A DNA stretch of 63,859 nt, counting the filler, from Octopus bimaculoides (Eukaryota), in assembly GCF_001194135.2 (NCBI RefSeq). It is 5 parts of 5 records of this genome, joined end to end, with 100 filler letters (N's around TTAATTAATTAA, not from the genome) between each part and the next. Parts side by side here need not be neighbours in the genome. Positions count along the whole stretch, not along the records: positions 1 to 29,708 come from NC_068983.1; 4 more parts are not named here. One strand, given 5' to 3'. Below the pieces are notes generated by a model, which saw nothing but the letters and a program-made list of their open reading frames with translations, was not told where the DNA came from and ran no database searches. Made by a program: the position numbers and the translations under genes. Below are positions 11,880 to 27,060 of the stretch, in pieces. Numbering within the stretch: position 1 is the first letter of the stretch; the number at the start of each line of letters is the position of its first letter.

Positions 11880-12300
11880 ATGTACTTTAATCCCCTGAAA
11901 TTGCAGATACTGTTTCTGAATCTCTTAGATTCTTTAAATGTGCTAGCTTCTTGGTAATTAATCGATATTAATTAATATATGATTTTTTTACCCTATTTTT
12001 TTAATAATATATATATATATATAGCTGCAGGGCCTATTTATTTATAAATGTTCTAATATCTTTCACAGCCTTGGATTTTTTTAATCTCATTGTCATGTTT
12101 TCCCCCTATACTGTGTGGCTCTCTGCATTGCTCTCAAATCATAATTACAAAATTTCTGAGTCGAGATGCTAATTCTAGTTTTACAAATTTAAATATTCAT
12201 CTTATGCTATATAGATAGACAGACAGAGAGACAGGCAGCCAATCTCACAGACAAACATACCGACAGACAGACATACAGACAGATAGATAGACAGACAGAC

Positions 12301-12356
<56 letters not shown>

Positions 12357-15300
12357 TCACATATACAAACTATGTTATTTGACTATTTTAAGGAACAAGA
12401 GGCCCACTATGGAGCTGTTGGTGGCTGTCAATAAATAGATAGTATAGGGCCACTATATCGTGATTTTCCAGTGGACATATAATGTTATAAAACAGTGCTG
12501 TATATAGAAAACTGCTTGAGTGTACGCTTGCATATCTTTAAATGTCTTGTATTTTTTATATACCGCTATTATAACAAATAAATAAATTGTATGTAATCTC
12601 GCGGCAGAATTCTCCATATTATAATACAGAATAATCCCATGCATTTGTAAGACGCAATTAAGTCGGCTTAATGTACAACGCGAGTACTCATATCAATTTT
12701 CATGCATCTCCGTGCGTGATCTTCGAGTTGTTACTTTATAATATCATTTATATATAGTTATGTTGATATGGAATTTCCTAAATATTAGTAATAGTTTATG
12801 CTTTCAAGATATCTGTGATATGAATAACAAATAGCCAATATTTTCAAACTGGTAAATGTATTACATTTGATGTATTTATTACATTTGTTTTATTTTTTAC
12901 TTCAACTAAGAAAAATGAAGACTTTATGTTTGATAAATTTCAAGTCATAAATTATGAATGTTATTTTAGATTGAATTTATTTCTCACAATTAATAAATAA
13001 TATCAGTTAATTATATTCTTTTATGATGCACTAACTAATTGCAGTTTTAACGAGTTGGACGTTATTAATCACTTGATTTATTAGCAAAAATTTATCTACA
13101 TACGTATATATGTATATATATATATTTATATNNNNNNNNNNNNNNNNNNNNNNNNNNNNNNNNNNNNNNNNNNNNNNNNNNNNNNNNNNNNNNNNNNNNN
13201 NNNNNNNNNNNNNNNNNNNNNNNNNNNNNNNNNNNNNNNNNNNNNNNNNNNNNNNNNNNNNNNNNNNNNNNNNNNNNNNNNNNNNNNNNNNNNNNNNNNN
13301 NNNNNNNNNNNNNNNNNNNATATATGTATATGCACATATATACACATATATGCATGCATGTGTGTATATATATTCATGTGCATATATGTATATATATATA
13401 TATATATTTACACATATATGTATACATATATAATTGTGTGTTTTTTTGTGTTTGTGTGTTTCTCCATATTTGTGTGTATGCGTGTGCTAAAGAATGTTAC
13501 AATTTATACGTTTCATTAAATCCAGATAGAAACATTTTCCAGGTGCGAGAAGACAAAAAATTAATTCCGATGCATTTCCCAGCATTTGTATGCATGACGC
13601 AAATTATAACACATGAGGGCAATTACAGCATTCATATTCACACACATACGATTGCATTAATCTTGACTCAGATATAAATATAATTATTTATATCTCTCAA
13701 ATATAGTATAAAAACTATTTACCAATGTTATTATCATTCTTTCTATTGTCTTTATTGGTGCTGCAGTAGTGGTAGTAGTGATGCTGTTCCTTTTTACATA
13801 GTGATTATATATATACTTGTTTATATATTAATGTATATCTTCATATATGTATATCTTAGTAGTTAAAAACAATATATGTACAGACACGTACATACACATA
13901 CACGTGTATACATATCTACGCACAAATATTTATAGAGATTAATATGCATACACACGCACATACGCATACATATATATTGTGCTACTTGTGCATTATTTCA
14001 ATGAATTCTTTATATTTACATGCTTGCATGTTGCATTCGACATATTTTTTTATTCGTTCATGTGCATATAATACATACAGTGTTATTTCAGAAAATATCT
14101 CAAAAGTTTAAATATTTTAAATAAACTAACAAAACATTCATAAAAAAGTATGATAAAATCTTATTTTTATGCTGATGTCAACACTTTTACGACTAATATT
14201 CATTCACGCTTTTTTTTTTCTCTCATCTCTAGACATGACTGTTAATTTGCAGTTATATTAGTGTCGAGGTCATCGAATTTTAGAAGCCAAAGCTACCACA
14301 ATACTTTCTACATTCAATCGATTCAAACAAATAGATTTCTCTCCTGGCGATTCTTTAATTTCACAATAGACCTTGACGAATGAAATAACTTTCTTAATAC
14401 TATTTAGGGTTGTTGAAGCGTGCACATTTTAGAATATTTGTGAGTCTCTGTAAATGTTACCAATATGCCAATCTTATCAATGGAACTTCGCCAAAATATT
14501 TATACGATGACATAAATCAGTTTTTCAAGGATGCTGAGTTTTGTAAAGATTATGCAGATACTTTGTAAAATGTAATAGTCTCACAGACAAGGTTACGTCT
14601 TCCAACAAATAAATCTTTGATGTTTCTGCTGCAATAACTAATAGCTTTTGTTAAATTTACTCGTAACTTTGCCATTATTTGGAAGAGTACGTGAAATATT
14701 TTGTTTCGAATGTATTCAAGGCCCAAAACGTCGCAAAACATCGACTTCTCTTACAAATCAAACGCAAAAATATTCCATAACTATAATTATTGCAATCATT
14801 ATTATATTAGTTAACTCATGATCAATATCATAGCAATCATAGACAATATGTTTAACAATATTCACAAAATCAAATGGCCGTGTTTCATTTTATTGAGTGG
14901 GAGAGAGCACGCCCTTGCGTTAGAAATGAAGACTGCAATAAACCAAATATTTTATTGCCTACTTACGTAATTATTTGCACTATATTGCACCTGCAATGAG
15001 TTAATTTATAATAAAAGGGTACTTCCTATACTGTCTATACGTAGTCTAAATCATATCATCGCAGGAAAATAAATTTAAGCAACGACATTTCAATTAATCA
15101 AATATGTCACTCGCTAATATGTAGTGTATCAAAGTTATAGTATGTTGAAGAAATGATATAATTGATGGTCATGATAATAGAGAAAGGACACCTCGGCAAG
15201 CATAAAATATTTGGTACCGTTACAGATTCCATAGACGTAATATCTTAATGCCAATATTTTATACAAACAATACATACAAGGACTGATAACATTTCATATT

Positions 15301-16559
15301 TGGTAGACACTTAGGCAAAATCTTTCAGCAAGTTTCCGTATTTATATCGTGGAACGAGAACAAGTAATCAAGACTTTAAGTATTTGAAAATAACGTACCT
15401 GACATCAGAGAATGGATGAATACCCCATTTCTAGAGACAAGTGTAACGAATTACAGTAATGGCAAAAACAACACTTGGTGCACACCTACGGAAAGTTTAC
15501 ATTGTTATACGAAGATGCAACGACTGTCACAATTCAATCAGTAATTATGTGCATAAAAGATAATGAGCTTGATATTAATACAGAGTGTCTAAAATATTAA
15601 ACACAGTAAATTTTCTGCCATAATGTTTCATAATAATTATTTGTAAATGTTTGTATTGTTGAACATAAACACTGCATCAATAAACACTGATTTTACTTTC
15701 AGTTAGTGTGAGATAACAAATAGCAGGAAGCAACGCACAAAATATATTTAATGAAGGCTATATTTACATTAGAATAACAAATTCAATAGCCAACGTTAAT
15801 GTAGAATAGACAATTGGATGGCTAAATTAAGCATAGGAGTAGACTGGATATAAAAGAATAAATCATCTGGTAGTGTAGAATTGGAGAGCTGTGTACGTCA
15901 GAAATAACGTAAAAGACCATAGATCATACGAATTGATATTATAAACGACGATATTTGTCAAAATCGAGATAATTCGTTTATTACTCACGCAGATTCTCAG
16001 TTCTGTTACAATTCTAAAATTATTTCAGACTAAATCTAAATATAAATTATGATATAGAATCAATAAATTCAGATGCTGCGAAGCTTGTTTAGTAATTATA
16101 TTGTATATTTTGTTAAAAATGTTCTCAACAGCGGTTATAGGTTTCCGGTTCAGATTTAACATATATCTACAGAGGCAATACTTGGACATATCAGTGTTGC
16201 GTTCTTGAGTCACTAGATGTGTCTTACAATACCATCATCCAGGCATTCTGAACAGGGTTCGTCAAACCTCGGCTTTTGTTCATCCGTCATTATACAGACA
16301 CCCCACCTATTACCACATTCCCCCCAGAGTATCTTCATTGCACTTCATTACTCCTCTGTTGCTTCCTTCTGTAATGCCCACAGTTTCATCAACCTTCTTC
16401 TGAGGAAGACCCGAAATCAATCAGCTGTCAATTTTCACTGTCAAACACCGTATTCACCACCAATGTTTGCGGCACTCCACCACCAATTCCAGGCACTTCT
16501 TCCTCTTCTTCTATTGCGACTCGTAAATTTCTCCTCGAAGGCACATCTAATCTCATTAG

Positions 16560-18030
16560 GATAATCTGCATCACATACATGATATCTGGTCTCAGCAAGT
16601 TAGGAATATTTTGTACAGGAAACTTTAGTACTTTCTCCAGATCATTTTCCCTCAACAAAACCGGTTATTCCTTCTAGGAACGCTTTGGGGATTTCAAAGA
16701 TAATAAGGGTATCAAAATATACTTAGAACGTTCACCAGGCTTCGACTCCCTCTGGTAATCCAGATTTGTCTACTCTCACAAGCAGCTCTACGGGTCTCTT
16801 CTCAACAATTTGATGAAATCGTTGTTCTTCAAACAGCAGTGGAAAGCATTGAAGGCAAGTATTACAATTTTCTGTGTGATAGACTGAATCTCATCTTCCC
16901 CTACTTCGAAGCGTAAGTATTTAGAGACTTTTCTTTTACAAAATCATGCATCAAAATTTAGCAAGTTTGAAACTTGTGTGTGCCCATTCTACATGTGACC
17001 AATGGATTCACATAGCACCCGACACTATTGGTCTCATCACTATAAGAAATCCTAGGGAGGTTGTAATAGGTGGTTGTCTTACTCCTATTTGGCAGAAACG
17101 CAACAACATTCCTTTTTGGCTAAAGTGACCAGCACGTTCATTACGGACACAGAAAGAAATACCAAGACAGTGCCACTTCGATATCAACGTGTCAGAAGAA
17201 ACATTCATCTGCAAAGATGGCTATTCACTCTGCGGTCTAAATCTTATACTAATGCCTGAAAATTTCAGAGACAAGGTGTGCCATGATGAAATATTTTGTT
17301 TTTGCAACGCGTCCTGCTTTTCTAGTATAAAGTGAAACAACTCGTGTGGTATAGAGCCTCNNNNNNNNNNGGTTAAGTGGATCTACGGCTGCACTATGTC
17401 CTGTTTGTTTTTTTTTTACCGTCGTGCCTCTTAAATGAGCCGTGTCGCAATGCATATGAGCGCACGGTAGCTAGAAACTCCTGGTATGTCTCTCTTTTGT
17501 ACAGCCGTAACGACTATTAAACACCAGGACGTTTGAGACACTCTTGGACGCATTGCTGAATAATAGCTGATTTTCCACGCTGAGTAAAGCAAGGGAACCA
17601 AATTGGTCGATATTCTCATATCTATCCTCTTTAGATATGTATAGGCGTCCACATATATCCTCGATTGGGTATCATTTCCTCTCACCCACATCATCTTTAA
17701 TTACTTTCAAAGCTGATTTTGTAGCTTTGGACAACGCTAGTAGAGGTTTTATGGGATTTAACTTTGGTCAGATGCCTTTTTAGGTCTTGCCCATCTAAGC
17801 TATTCATTTAAATTTTTTCTCTGTATGTTTCAAGTTAAATTCCATCGTGGTTTCTGATGATGTTACAAATATCTCGCACAAACCTAGTAGTTCGTTTCTC
17901 TCTCGTTAGCTAAGGATTTACCATGTGTTGCTGTATATAATTTCATTCTTTCGACAACTCTGCGTTTTCGTTCCTAAAGGTTGCTGAGAATCGTTTATGA
18001 TGCCTTTTAAACTTCCTCTGCTTTCTCATA
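16560..18030 (+). mobile_element. Highly decayed Ty3/Gypsy pol relic (protease, RT and integrase echoes)
   Basis: FSK(F)E-LVCAH..IAPD (FSKIDLVRAYHQIPVAP) and TPIWQKRNNIPFWLK*PA (TPFG..RMPFGLKNAPA) at ~16955-17135. After the 17361-17370 gap are TPGM (HPGI), SWTHC, RYSHI and YH...FRQL, in the expected integrase order. Each match is weak; the collinear order is the main support. Confidence 0.4.
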
Positions 18031-19256
18031 TTACTTTCTGTGTGACTTACATTGTCTTAAATACCCATTTCCATGGGTTTCATGCAGAGATTGATGCAGA
18101 GACATCCACTGTTCCAAAACGGTCAACTACAAAGTTTAATATGATATGGTTTATATCATAGTAAACATTGCCGTGACCAATCGTCACCTCTCATCTATCT
18201 TATAATATTTATATTTGATCAAATACCTCATTGAATTGCTGCCGCTCAGATGTGTTTGATGAACGTGACATTGTATCATTCGCTGAGATATAAACGATTT
18301 ATCTAGTATATTATCAGTCTTATTCAGATAAGAGAAAACCTATATAGAATCTGGTTCACTAACAAAGTACGTTAAATATTCACATTACTTTTTCTTTCCG
18401 CAGTATAAATTCAATGCATGTAATAGAGGATAAGAAAGCGTATAGTGTAATAGTTTCGCTAGCCTTCATACCGTATTCTGGCACGTTTAATTTTTAACTC
18501 TCGCCGTTTTACCTATTTCTCGCATGAATATTTTGAAAATAACTAAAACGATTTCTAAGGATTGCGTGTATTCCAAGCACATGAAAATGCCAACAATTTT
18601 AAATCAAAATTTGGTTGAGAAATGAGATTATTGAGAAACTGCATTGTGTTGTTAAATTCACACAAATCGGAATGAAATATAAGATTTTTAAAATCATTAC
18701 TTCATTTGAATAGCATAATAAATGTTGTTTTGATTATACTGTAGGAAATGCAAAGTTAGGTCCAGGGCGAACTTGTGGGAATTTTTTCGTTCATAATATG
18801 GTGCTCTCTAGTTATAAAATTCTTTCGTGATTATTTATAATCATAGCTGTATAGAGTCAAGATAATCTAAACTTTTACACAATGTCAATTACAGATATTT
18901 GAATGAAAATTGTTTTAATGTAAAATGTCTTTCAAAAAGAAAAACGTCCGCGTTCCTTTAAAAGCAGTAATTATTTATGAGCAAATAAAACATTAAAATG
19001 ATTAAATTTCGTTCCCTTCTAGTTATATGTGGTAATTGCTTCATAAATCGTAGTGCGTCGTAATACAAAGCACACCACATATGTGAAAACATATCAAAGA
19101 CCATGCAAAAACGAAAATATTCTTGCGTTTCAAAGTGCAGATATGTACACATACTCGTGTATATAGTCTAAACGTATCCATGCGTCTACACACACTCACA
19201 CATGCACAAACACGCACACATACACACACAGGTTTATATATATATATACGCATGTA

Positions 19257-19317
<61 letters not shown>

Positions 19318-20569
19318 TGTGCATGCGTATGTGTGTATGCGTCCGTATATGTATTGTGTATATGTATAAACATTTAGTCGAGAGGTATCTGACGTGACAA
19401 TAGATATATTTCGCCACAAAAATTCCATATGATTATGTTTATCTCGTAAGTGTACGTAGTATTAGCTTCATTATGCAAGAAATTCTACCTATATGTTTGC
19501 ATTAATATGTGTGCTCAGCAGGGAACAATACAATTGTATGTTCACGAGTTGATGCAAATGAAGGAAGCTAGCTCAGTAGATCACAAGAACATCATTGTTG
19601 TGTTAACAGTTCATCTCTTGATATACACACAATTAATATATACAATGTACAAAAGGCCTGGCTATAGGAACACATTTTTTTGCCGGTATTTATGCTAGCC
19701 ATCAACACTTTGAGAATTCCAAAGAAAAGTAAGTTTAATGAAGTCAAACTCCCGTGCAAATATCGTAGTATTGGTAATGCTTTTACCATATAATTCAGTG
19801 CGTTCAATATATTTCTGGCATTTATTTTTAATAGCGTCTCGCAAATCTATGCCATAATTAGTCCCACGCTAATACATTACAGCTAATGAGATACACTCAC
19901 AAGTGTCACATATAGTTCCAAATTTTACATTTTTTTGTTTGTTTACTACATTGCCATTATGAATCTAAAAGTTTAATTATCTACCTGCAAGTTCACTGTA
20001 CATTGAGTATCATAAAGAGTTAAGATAAGCCTTAATAATCATCTTGCATCTGCAAAAAGGAACACCTGTTAAATCCAGAAAAGTACGAGACATATTAAAC
20101 CCAGAAACTACTCGAAATGTTGTCTTCAGTAATATCCCGTGAAACACGAATATCTAAGTCACGTTCTTTCAACGGATGTCCAAACACTGAAAGACCTCTG
20201 GGAGTATAAATTAAGAAATACTATAGCTTTAAGAGTAAATATGTCTATGATATAATATAAGCCATTAATTTGCGGCTTACAACCAAATGGGTGAGCAAAA
20301 CAGACTAAAGTAATCAAAATAAACAACTGTATTAATAGATTGCGTATTCATTTATACTTATATACATGTATATGTGTGTTGTGTGCGTATGCGTGTGTTT
20401 ATGAATGTATCTTCCTATATATATACATGTGTATTCACATACATCCTTATATTTAAAAGTTCACTTATTTGCATCTTATATGTATGCATAAACATACGTG
20501 TGTGCGTGCGTGAGCCTTTAGGTACGAACGCATGCGTATATACATACATACATACACACACACGCACAT

Positions 20570-20621
<52 letters not shown>

Positions 20622-20693
20622 ATATGTATGTATATATNNNNNNNNNNNNNNNNNNNNNNNNNNNNNNNNNNNNNNNNNNNNNNNNNNNNNNNN

Positions 20694-20741
<48 letters not shown>

Positions 20742-21689
20742 GCATACATACATATACATACATACATATACATACATACATATACATACATAGATACACA
20801 CATATACATATTTAGCTTATTATAGTTACATTGAGAAAGACTTATATAAATGCATGCGAATATATTTTTTAATCATTTTCAGATTATGTTGTGTTACATT
20901 ATGTTAACTTCTGCCTGGCAGTTCAAATGCAAATGACACGAAACATTCCAAAAGGTCCATTGTAACAGTAATAGATGCACCCTCACATATTATTCAGTTA
21001 GGGCCATATCGACATTTTTATCAGCATTTTCAAGCTTATTTTTTTAACATTTATTTTCATTCTCATCCACCAGGGAAATATATCTTCCATCGCAGGTATA
21101 CGTTTTCTTCCATCATAATACATGTTCAATAAAATGACTGATTCTAAAGTATATTTAGTAGAAAAGGAGGTAAATTATTATCATATATCGAAGATTTCCG
21201 AATATAGTTTAAAAGAGGAAACTTCCTTTATAAATTATATTTACAATATAATCAATAATCTTTATTTTTTAACTATTCGAGCATAGTAAAGAACAGATTT
21301 ATAAATCCTGTTAGGAAATCACTTACCTTCATTTAAATCGATTTTGGCATGAATACACTACCATTCGTAACCATTCAAAGCTATTCAACCTCAACATGGT
21401 AGACGTACTAAAGGAATTAACATGAAAATAGCGTATTATAGACTTGCTAAAGTAACTTGAAATCTGATAGGATATTCATTTATTAGTGCGTAACAAGGGA
21501 ATGAATAATTGACTGCTATTAAAATAATTCCACAATTGAGTAATGCATAGAATGTCAACATATATTAAATATACCATACATCATCGTCAATACCAAATTA
21601 TGTCCCAAATTGAATTGTTGAATTGAGGAACGTGTGTCTACTTTGATTATTGCATTGTTTCAAGATACTAAAATATTCTTCCTTTTATA

Positions 21690-21865
21690 AGCGAAAGGCC
21701 CGAATTTTATAGGTGAGAGGGTAGTCGATTACATCAACGCCAGTGCTCAAATGGTATTAGTTTTATCACTCCCTAACAGAGGAAAGATTAAGGCGACCTC
21801 AGTACAATATGAACTTAGCTAGCAAAGCTGGAAGAAAATCGGTAAAGCATTTTGTCTGGCGTGTT
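21690..21865 (-). mobile_element. SINE family B, decayed
   Basis: aaggcccgaattt...gtcgattacatcaac...gacctc...gcatttt..ctggcgtg is the reverse complement of the family B layout at 61059. Confidence 0.65.
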
Positions 21866-22949
21866 TAAGAAAGTAAACCACGGAAATCTGTGATTCAATC
21901 AGTTAATATTCCATAAATATATTTATAGAACGAAGAAATGTATCACGTGGCAACAGAAGTGATGAATCAAAATTCAGTTGATAAAGAAAACTGCCGAACG
22001 TTATTTTCATACAGCTATATATTTCATTTTACATTCTCTTGGAAACTTTTCCATCTATTTATGTAAATCTAATTAATGCAATATACTGTGTATATGTATT
22101 TGAATCATCCATACGTATGAATATTTAAATCACGCAATATATTTATAGAAGCTGAATAAATATATATGAGTTTATTTTGATAACAAAAAAAAAACTATTT
22201 GATTGTTTATGTACAGTGTGAAAAAATATACTTTCCAAACGCTGACTTGAAACCTGTTCTTATAACTTGCAAATGTAACGTACTTTGCAGGAATGTATTT
22301 ACAAATGTTAGCATTTTAGTCAGTAATTTAATGGGAATATAGCAGCACATGAGTTGCTATTAGCTAATATAATGCACTACATTGATATTTTAGATGGTAC
22401 AGGAGAGGCTATAGCAATTATACTTTACATACGCAGAAACTTAGGCGCTTATTAATGAAAATTGTGCGTATCATTTACTACAATTTTTTTCTATTACACA
22501 AATATTTAAGTTTTTGCACAACCGATCATCGAAATAATACATTGAATATCAACAATATAAAACAAATGAAATTGCATGATCCCTCCCATATATTCCGTCC
22601 ATACATTATAAACTGAATTTATGAAGATGTACAGAAAGCGTAATTAAGCAAGGTCTTGTTGTCAAAGTAATGAAACGAATACCTATCTTAAGATTGTCAA
22701 AAATGACCATGTGTCATTTATGGTGGTCATAAACCAATAATAAACTATGATCAAGCTAGATTTCAAACATCAATGTAACATGACTTATTTCTTGAGTTAT
22801 AGTTAAACGGTTTTGCTAGAAATTTGCTTAATTTATATCTCACGCAAGATTTGTTGATAGTTCCTAAAGAAATATTTGAAATATAGAAATAAAGTAATAT
22901 TTATGTATCCTAAAATACCAGACGTCTGTAATTTCGCCTGTACAGTTTA

Positions 22950-24800
22950 TGGCATTAGCAACTAACATTGGCATTTTAAATTAATCATGATGCAGTATCT
23001 CGAATGAGAGCAGAAAATAGATAAACATCCTTCTCAACCTTAAAAATATTCACAAGCGCAAGCGATTTCGTGTTGGATAACGGAAACGCGCGCCTTAATA
23101 TTTGGAAGCACTTACGTTAAATGCACGTTATATTTTATTCAGTCTAAAATGGCCTAGAATAAATTAGTTGCCAATCCTTATTTCTTCTAATGAATATTGA
23201 CCGACATTAACGCCCAGCTTCCCTAAATGCGCTTCAAACATTTTCTTTGACAGGTGTAAATAATTTCATAAATATTTCATATAAATAGTTCATATTTCAT
23301 GAATGCCCATATCTTATACCTATCAAAGTTTAGAGTCTTTCATTTTCCTTGCAATTTTCACGTAGTTATGTGAAATACGTACATACAGTATTTTTCCTAA
23401 GAAGCTGATGATGATTGATACCGTGCTTCTAATATCGAAACCTTTTAGCTGCCAGTTCATTCTCTTACAGTGATCTCTTTTAGCTTGCTGTTACTTAAAC
23501 ACAAAACGGTAAAAGTATTTAATGTATTCACAATTTTGGCAAAGCACTATGCAAAGCACATTCAAATCAATTTCAGCATATGCAAATGTGTTTGTAGTTT
23601 GGGGGCATATTTCGTGCCTCTATCCATTCTTTGAGAAGTTACAAATGGTTAACCGGTACAGAAGGAAACACATTAGCATTTCCTAACAAAATATATTTGA
23701 AGCTGGTTTTTGAGATTGCAATGAAAACCGCTATTCAATTCATTCATTCCGATATGCCATTGCATGTCGTCAAGATATTAAACCATTCCTTCATCAACAT
23801 AACGTAACTCGAACACATATTTCTCACCATATCGATAATATTCAATACTGTTCACAAACTTAACAGATTTTATAATACAGATGATATACTAAAATTAATT
23901 CTGCTCATAAAATTGAGAGATTTAAATGCCTTGGCAATTCATCTACCTGAAATTCAGTGAAGGGTTTATGCGACCGGTTTGTTTTATGTCATTCTCAGGA
24001 ATTCGTCTCCATGTCTAATATTCACAGCTATTGACGTCATCTAACTGCTTGAATACTTATCGAATACTTTACCTTAATGTTCCAGAGATCTTATACTTAA
24101 GGGGAAATTGAATTACTATATCTTTGATTTCGTCTTTTAGCTATATCCAGGAATTTCAAACAGAAATTAAATGCTGTTCAAGATGGGTCTTCATTTATCA
24201 CTAGACATTTTAGGAGCTCGTTCTCTTCTATTGCCTTCTTAGTCCATTTTATCATATGTATGACCGCACTCTGCTAAGATATCATGTTCCTCCGTTTGTA
24301 TTCGTTCTGCAATTCATCGAGAAACTATATGAAAAAAAAACCCTTCGGCTTGTAGTTGGTTTGCAACATTCATGATGCGAATTCATGTGTTGAAATAAAT
24401 CTTGCTATGTTTTTGGAGGGTCATTATGTCATTAATAATTACACCTTCATTTGTTCAATATCACTTGGTAATGACCTACCCAAGACAATATAAGAAATGG
24501 AGAAAGACTTATCAAAAGTATCACTTATTTAATTTTGCAAAGGATCTACATGCTTAACAGAGAACATCCATTATTTGCTTGCAATCTCTACACTGTCTTG
24601 TACTCACCACATTCAATTAAAAGTTTATCATAGTGATAAATGGCATCCTCGAAGCACAATGGAAATAATAATAGTTTCTACACTCAATAACAGAGCCTCA
24701 GTGAAGTAACGCTGAAAATATGTATATGAAATTTATTCTTAAACAAGAATTAATGACAGTGACTTCAATGTTACGGCCTACTAAGCCTTCATCAGACTTT
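22950..24800 (-). mobile_element. Possible very old Penelope-like relic
   Basis: Minus-strand fragments GTKYAP(N) (~23610), RFRY* (~23440) and IYSRP...FPLS (~23060-23160) are in PLE RT order. A degenerate hammerhead-like motif lies at ~24755-24800. Weak. Confidence 0.25.
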
Positions 24801-25235
24801 ATATATAATGAACAACATTCCTGAATGCATCTTAGATGTTATCATATAAAAACGTAACTAGGAAATTCTTAAGAAAAAAAAAACTTTGCAAATCATTCTC
24901 GCTCTAACCGGCAGAGACATAATATACGGTTTTGTTCATAAGGGTATTATATTCTTTATTCTTATTGGCAAATATCAAAAATTGGAAATTTCCTAAGAAA
25001 GATAGATATTAAACTATTGTTCCATTTCAATGACCTTCAAAATGTAATGGTAATACATCATATAAGGATTTTCCTTTTCCGCCAGGCTTTTAATTTAAAA
25101 TTTTTGATACGTAACCACAGAAATATTTGACATATTTTCTTGTTGGTTTAAGGGATTAATAAGGATTTGTTTCTTATTCCATACTGCATACTTTAAGGCC
25201 GCCGAGGGAACTGTCTTTATTTTAAAGTTGCTTCT

Positions 25236-25410
25236 TTTGGCAGCGAGCTTGCAGAATCTTTAGCACACCGAACAAAACGCTTAGCTGTATTTTGTCCGAC
25301 TTTACGGTTTGAATTCAAATTCCACCGAGGTCTACTGTTCATCGTTTCAGGAACGATATATCAAGTACCAGTTAAGCAATAGAAGTCGATTTAGTCGAAT
25401 ACCCACTCTC
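25236..25410 (+). mobile_element. SINE family B, decayed near-full copy
   Basis: ggcagcgagcttgcagaatctttagcacaccg...gaattcaaattccaccgaggtc...aagtaccagtt aligns with 61059-61272. Confidence 0.8.
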
Positions 25411-26649
25411 TTAAGATTCGAAATCCTGTGCTTATTGTAGAAAAAGATTATTAGAATGCTTCTTAAGGTGAGTACCTGTCAGGATCCTTAGAACGCCAAA
25501 CAACATTGGTTTGTCCTCTGTCATTACGCCCTGAGATGAAATGCCGCGGAGATGAATATTTTCTTGAATCATCTCTGCCTCAATAAGATACGTACCAGTT
25601 TAACGCACCCCTAAATTTTCAGGTATTCTTACTATAGTATCATGTGTAAAGTAAATTCGTACCCTACATATTTGTTCTACTTCTTTCAGTGTAATAATAA
25701 AATTAGGTAAAATTGGCTTTCAAGATATGATAGAAATTTAATTTATTTACACATCCAGAATCATATACTGTACCCAAATGAGAAAACATTTACTTACATA
25801 ATTATAGTGAGGTTTTACGTTAGGTTTCCCGCCATCCGTTGGTATTTCACTCTGTTTACAATATATATACTTCGATAGCAATCCTGTTGTGTTTTCTCAT
25901 TGTTTCATCGTTTTCATTGCATGCAGTATCCTAATAATGGGACAAGACGAATACTTATACTACACCAGTTATCGATGTGTAAGTTAAGTGCTTTCAATGC
26001 GATTCAGTATGTATGAAATTGAATAACGTTCGACATTGTCACAGCTATAGACATATTTCTCTCTATAAATATAATCAGACTTGGCAAAAACACGGGGGAA
26101 GGAAATGAAGCAGTCAATTGTCACTTTGTACTGTTTGTAAACACTGAATTTGGTGTTAGTTTCTTTGTCTTATTACTACATTTCTGTTATATTTTAAGTT
26201 CAGGCATTTCTCCCACCACGCAAAATAATCATGCAATATATTTCTGGTTTCTGACAAGAGCTTTTTATCCATTATTGTCTTTCATAATGTTTTAATGTTT
26301 TTTTTTTTTATGTCGAGCCGTACGGTCTATAGACAATGCAGTCTTTTTATTTTACTCTCACCATTTTCCGTATGGATTTTCTATCTTCTTCAATTTTTTT
26401 ATGACTTTGGTTGCATATGTGTACCAAAATGTTTTACTTCAGTGTACTTAGTTTCCAGATTCAGTATACTATTTTCATCTATATGAACATTTTGTTTTTT
26501 TTAATATTATCATTACACGGATCCCACTCGTGTTTTGTTTTAAATCTGCTATGCACCTTACTATCTACAAAATTACTGTTTTGTAATAATTTTCCAATTG
26601 CAAGAAACTTCATCCCACTTTCACTTTCTTATTTTTTGTCGTGTGTTTT

Positions 26650-26651
26650 CT

Positions 26652-26735
<84 letters not shown>

Positions 26736-26835
26736 CACCACCNNNNNNNNNNCCACCACCACCACCACAACAACAACCACCACCACAACCACCACCACCA
26801 CAACCACCAACACAACCACTACTACTACTACTACA
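26650..26835. repeat. Compound (ACT)n(ACC)n(ACA/ACC)n microsatellite with an internal 10-N gap
   Basis: Direct reading; explains the poly-T, poly-Y, poly-L and poly-V ORFs here. Confidence 0.95.
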
Positions 26836-26929
26836 TGAAAAATAGAGGTAGTAGCAGTAGTATGAGTGGTGCATTGACAAATATATTGGAACGTCAGAGA
26901 AAATGCATTGCGCTGTTTGTTCTATCTCT

Positions 26930-27060
26930 ATGTTTGAGTTGAAACAACACTGAGATCCACTTTGCCAGTTATCTTTCTAGGGTCGATAAAATGGATCATA
27001 TTGAAGCATTGAGATCGATACTAATCGACAAATCATCTTCTTTCAAATCTCTGATATCCT
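26930..27060 (+). mobile_element. SINE family B fragment
   Basis: tttgagttgaaa...actttgcc...gggtcgataaaat...gatcgatactaatcgac. Confidence 0.6.

Noticed and set aside
16428-16658. 76-aa minus-strand ORF (MLRENDLEK...)
   Set aside because: It lies antisense to the putative Gypsy relic and has no recognisable homology.
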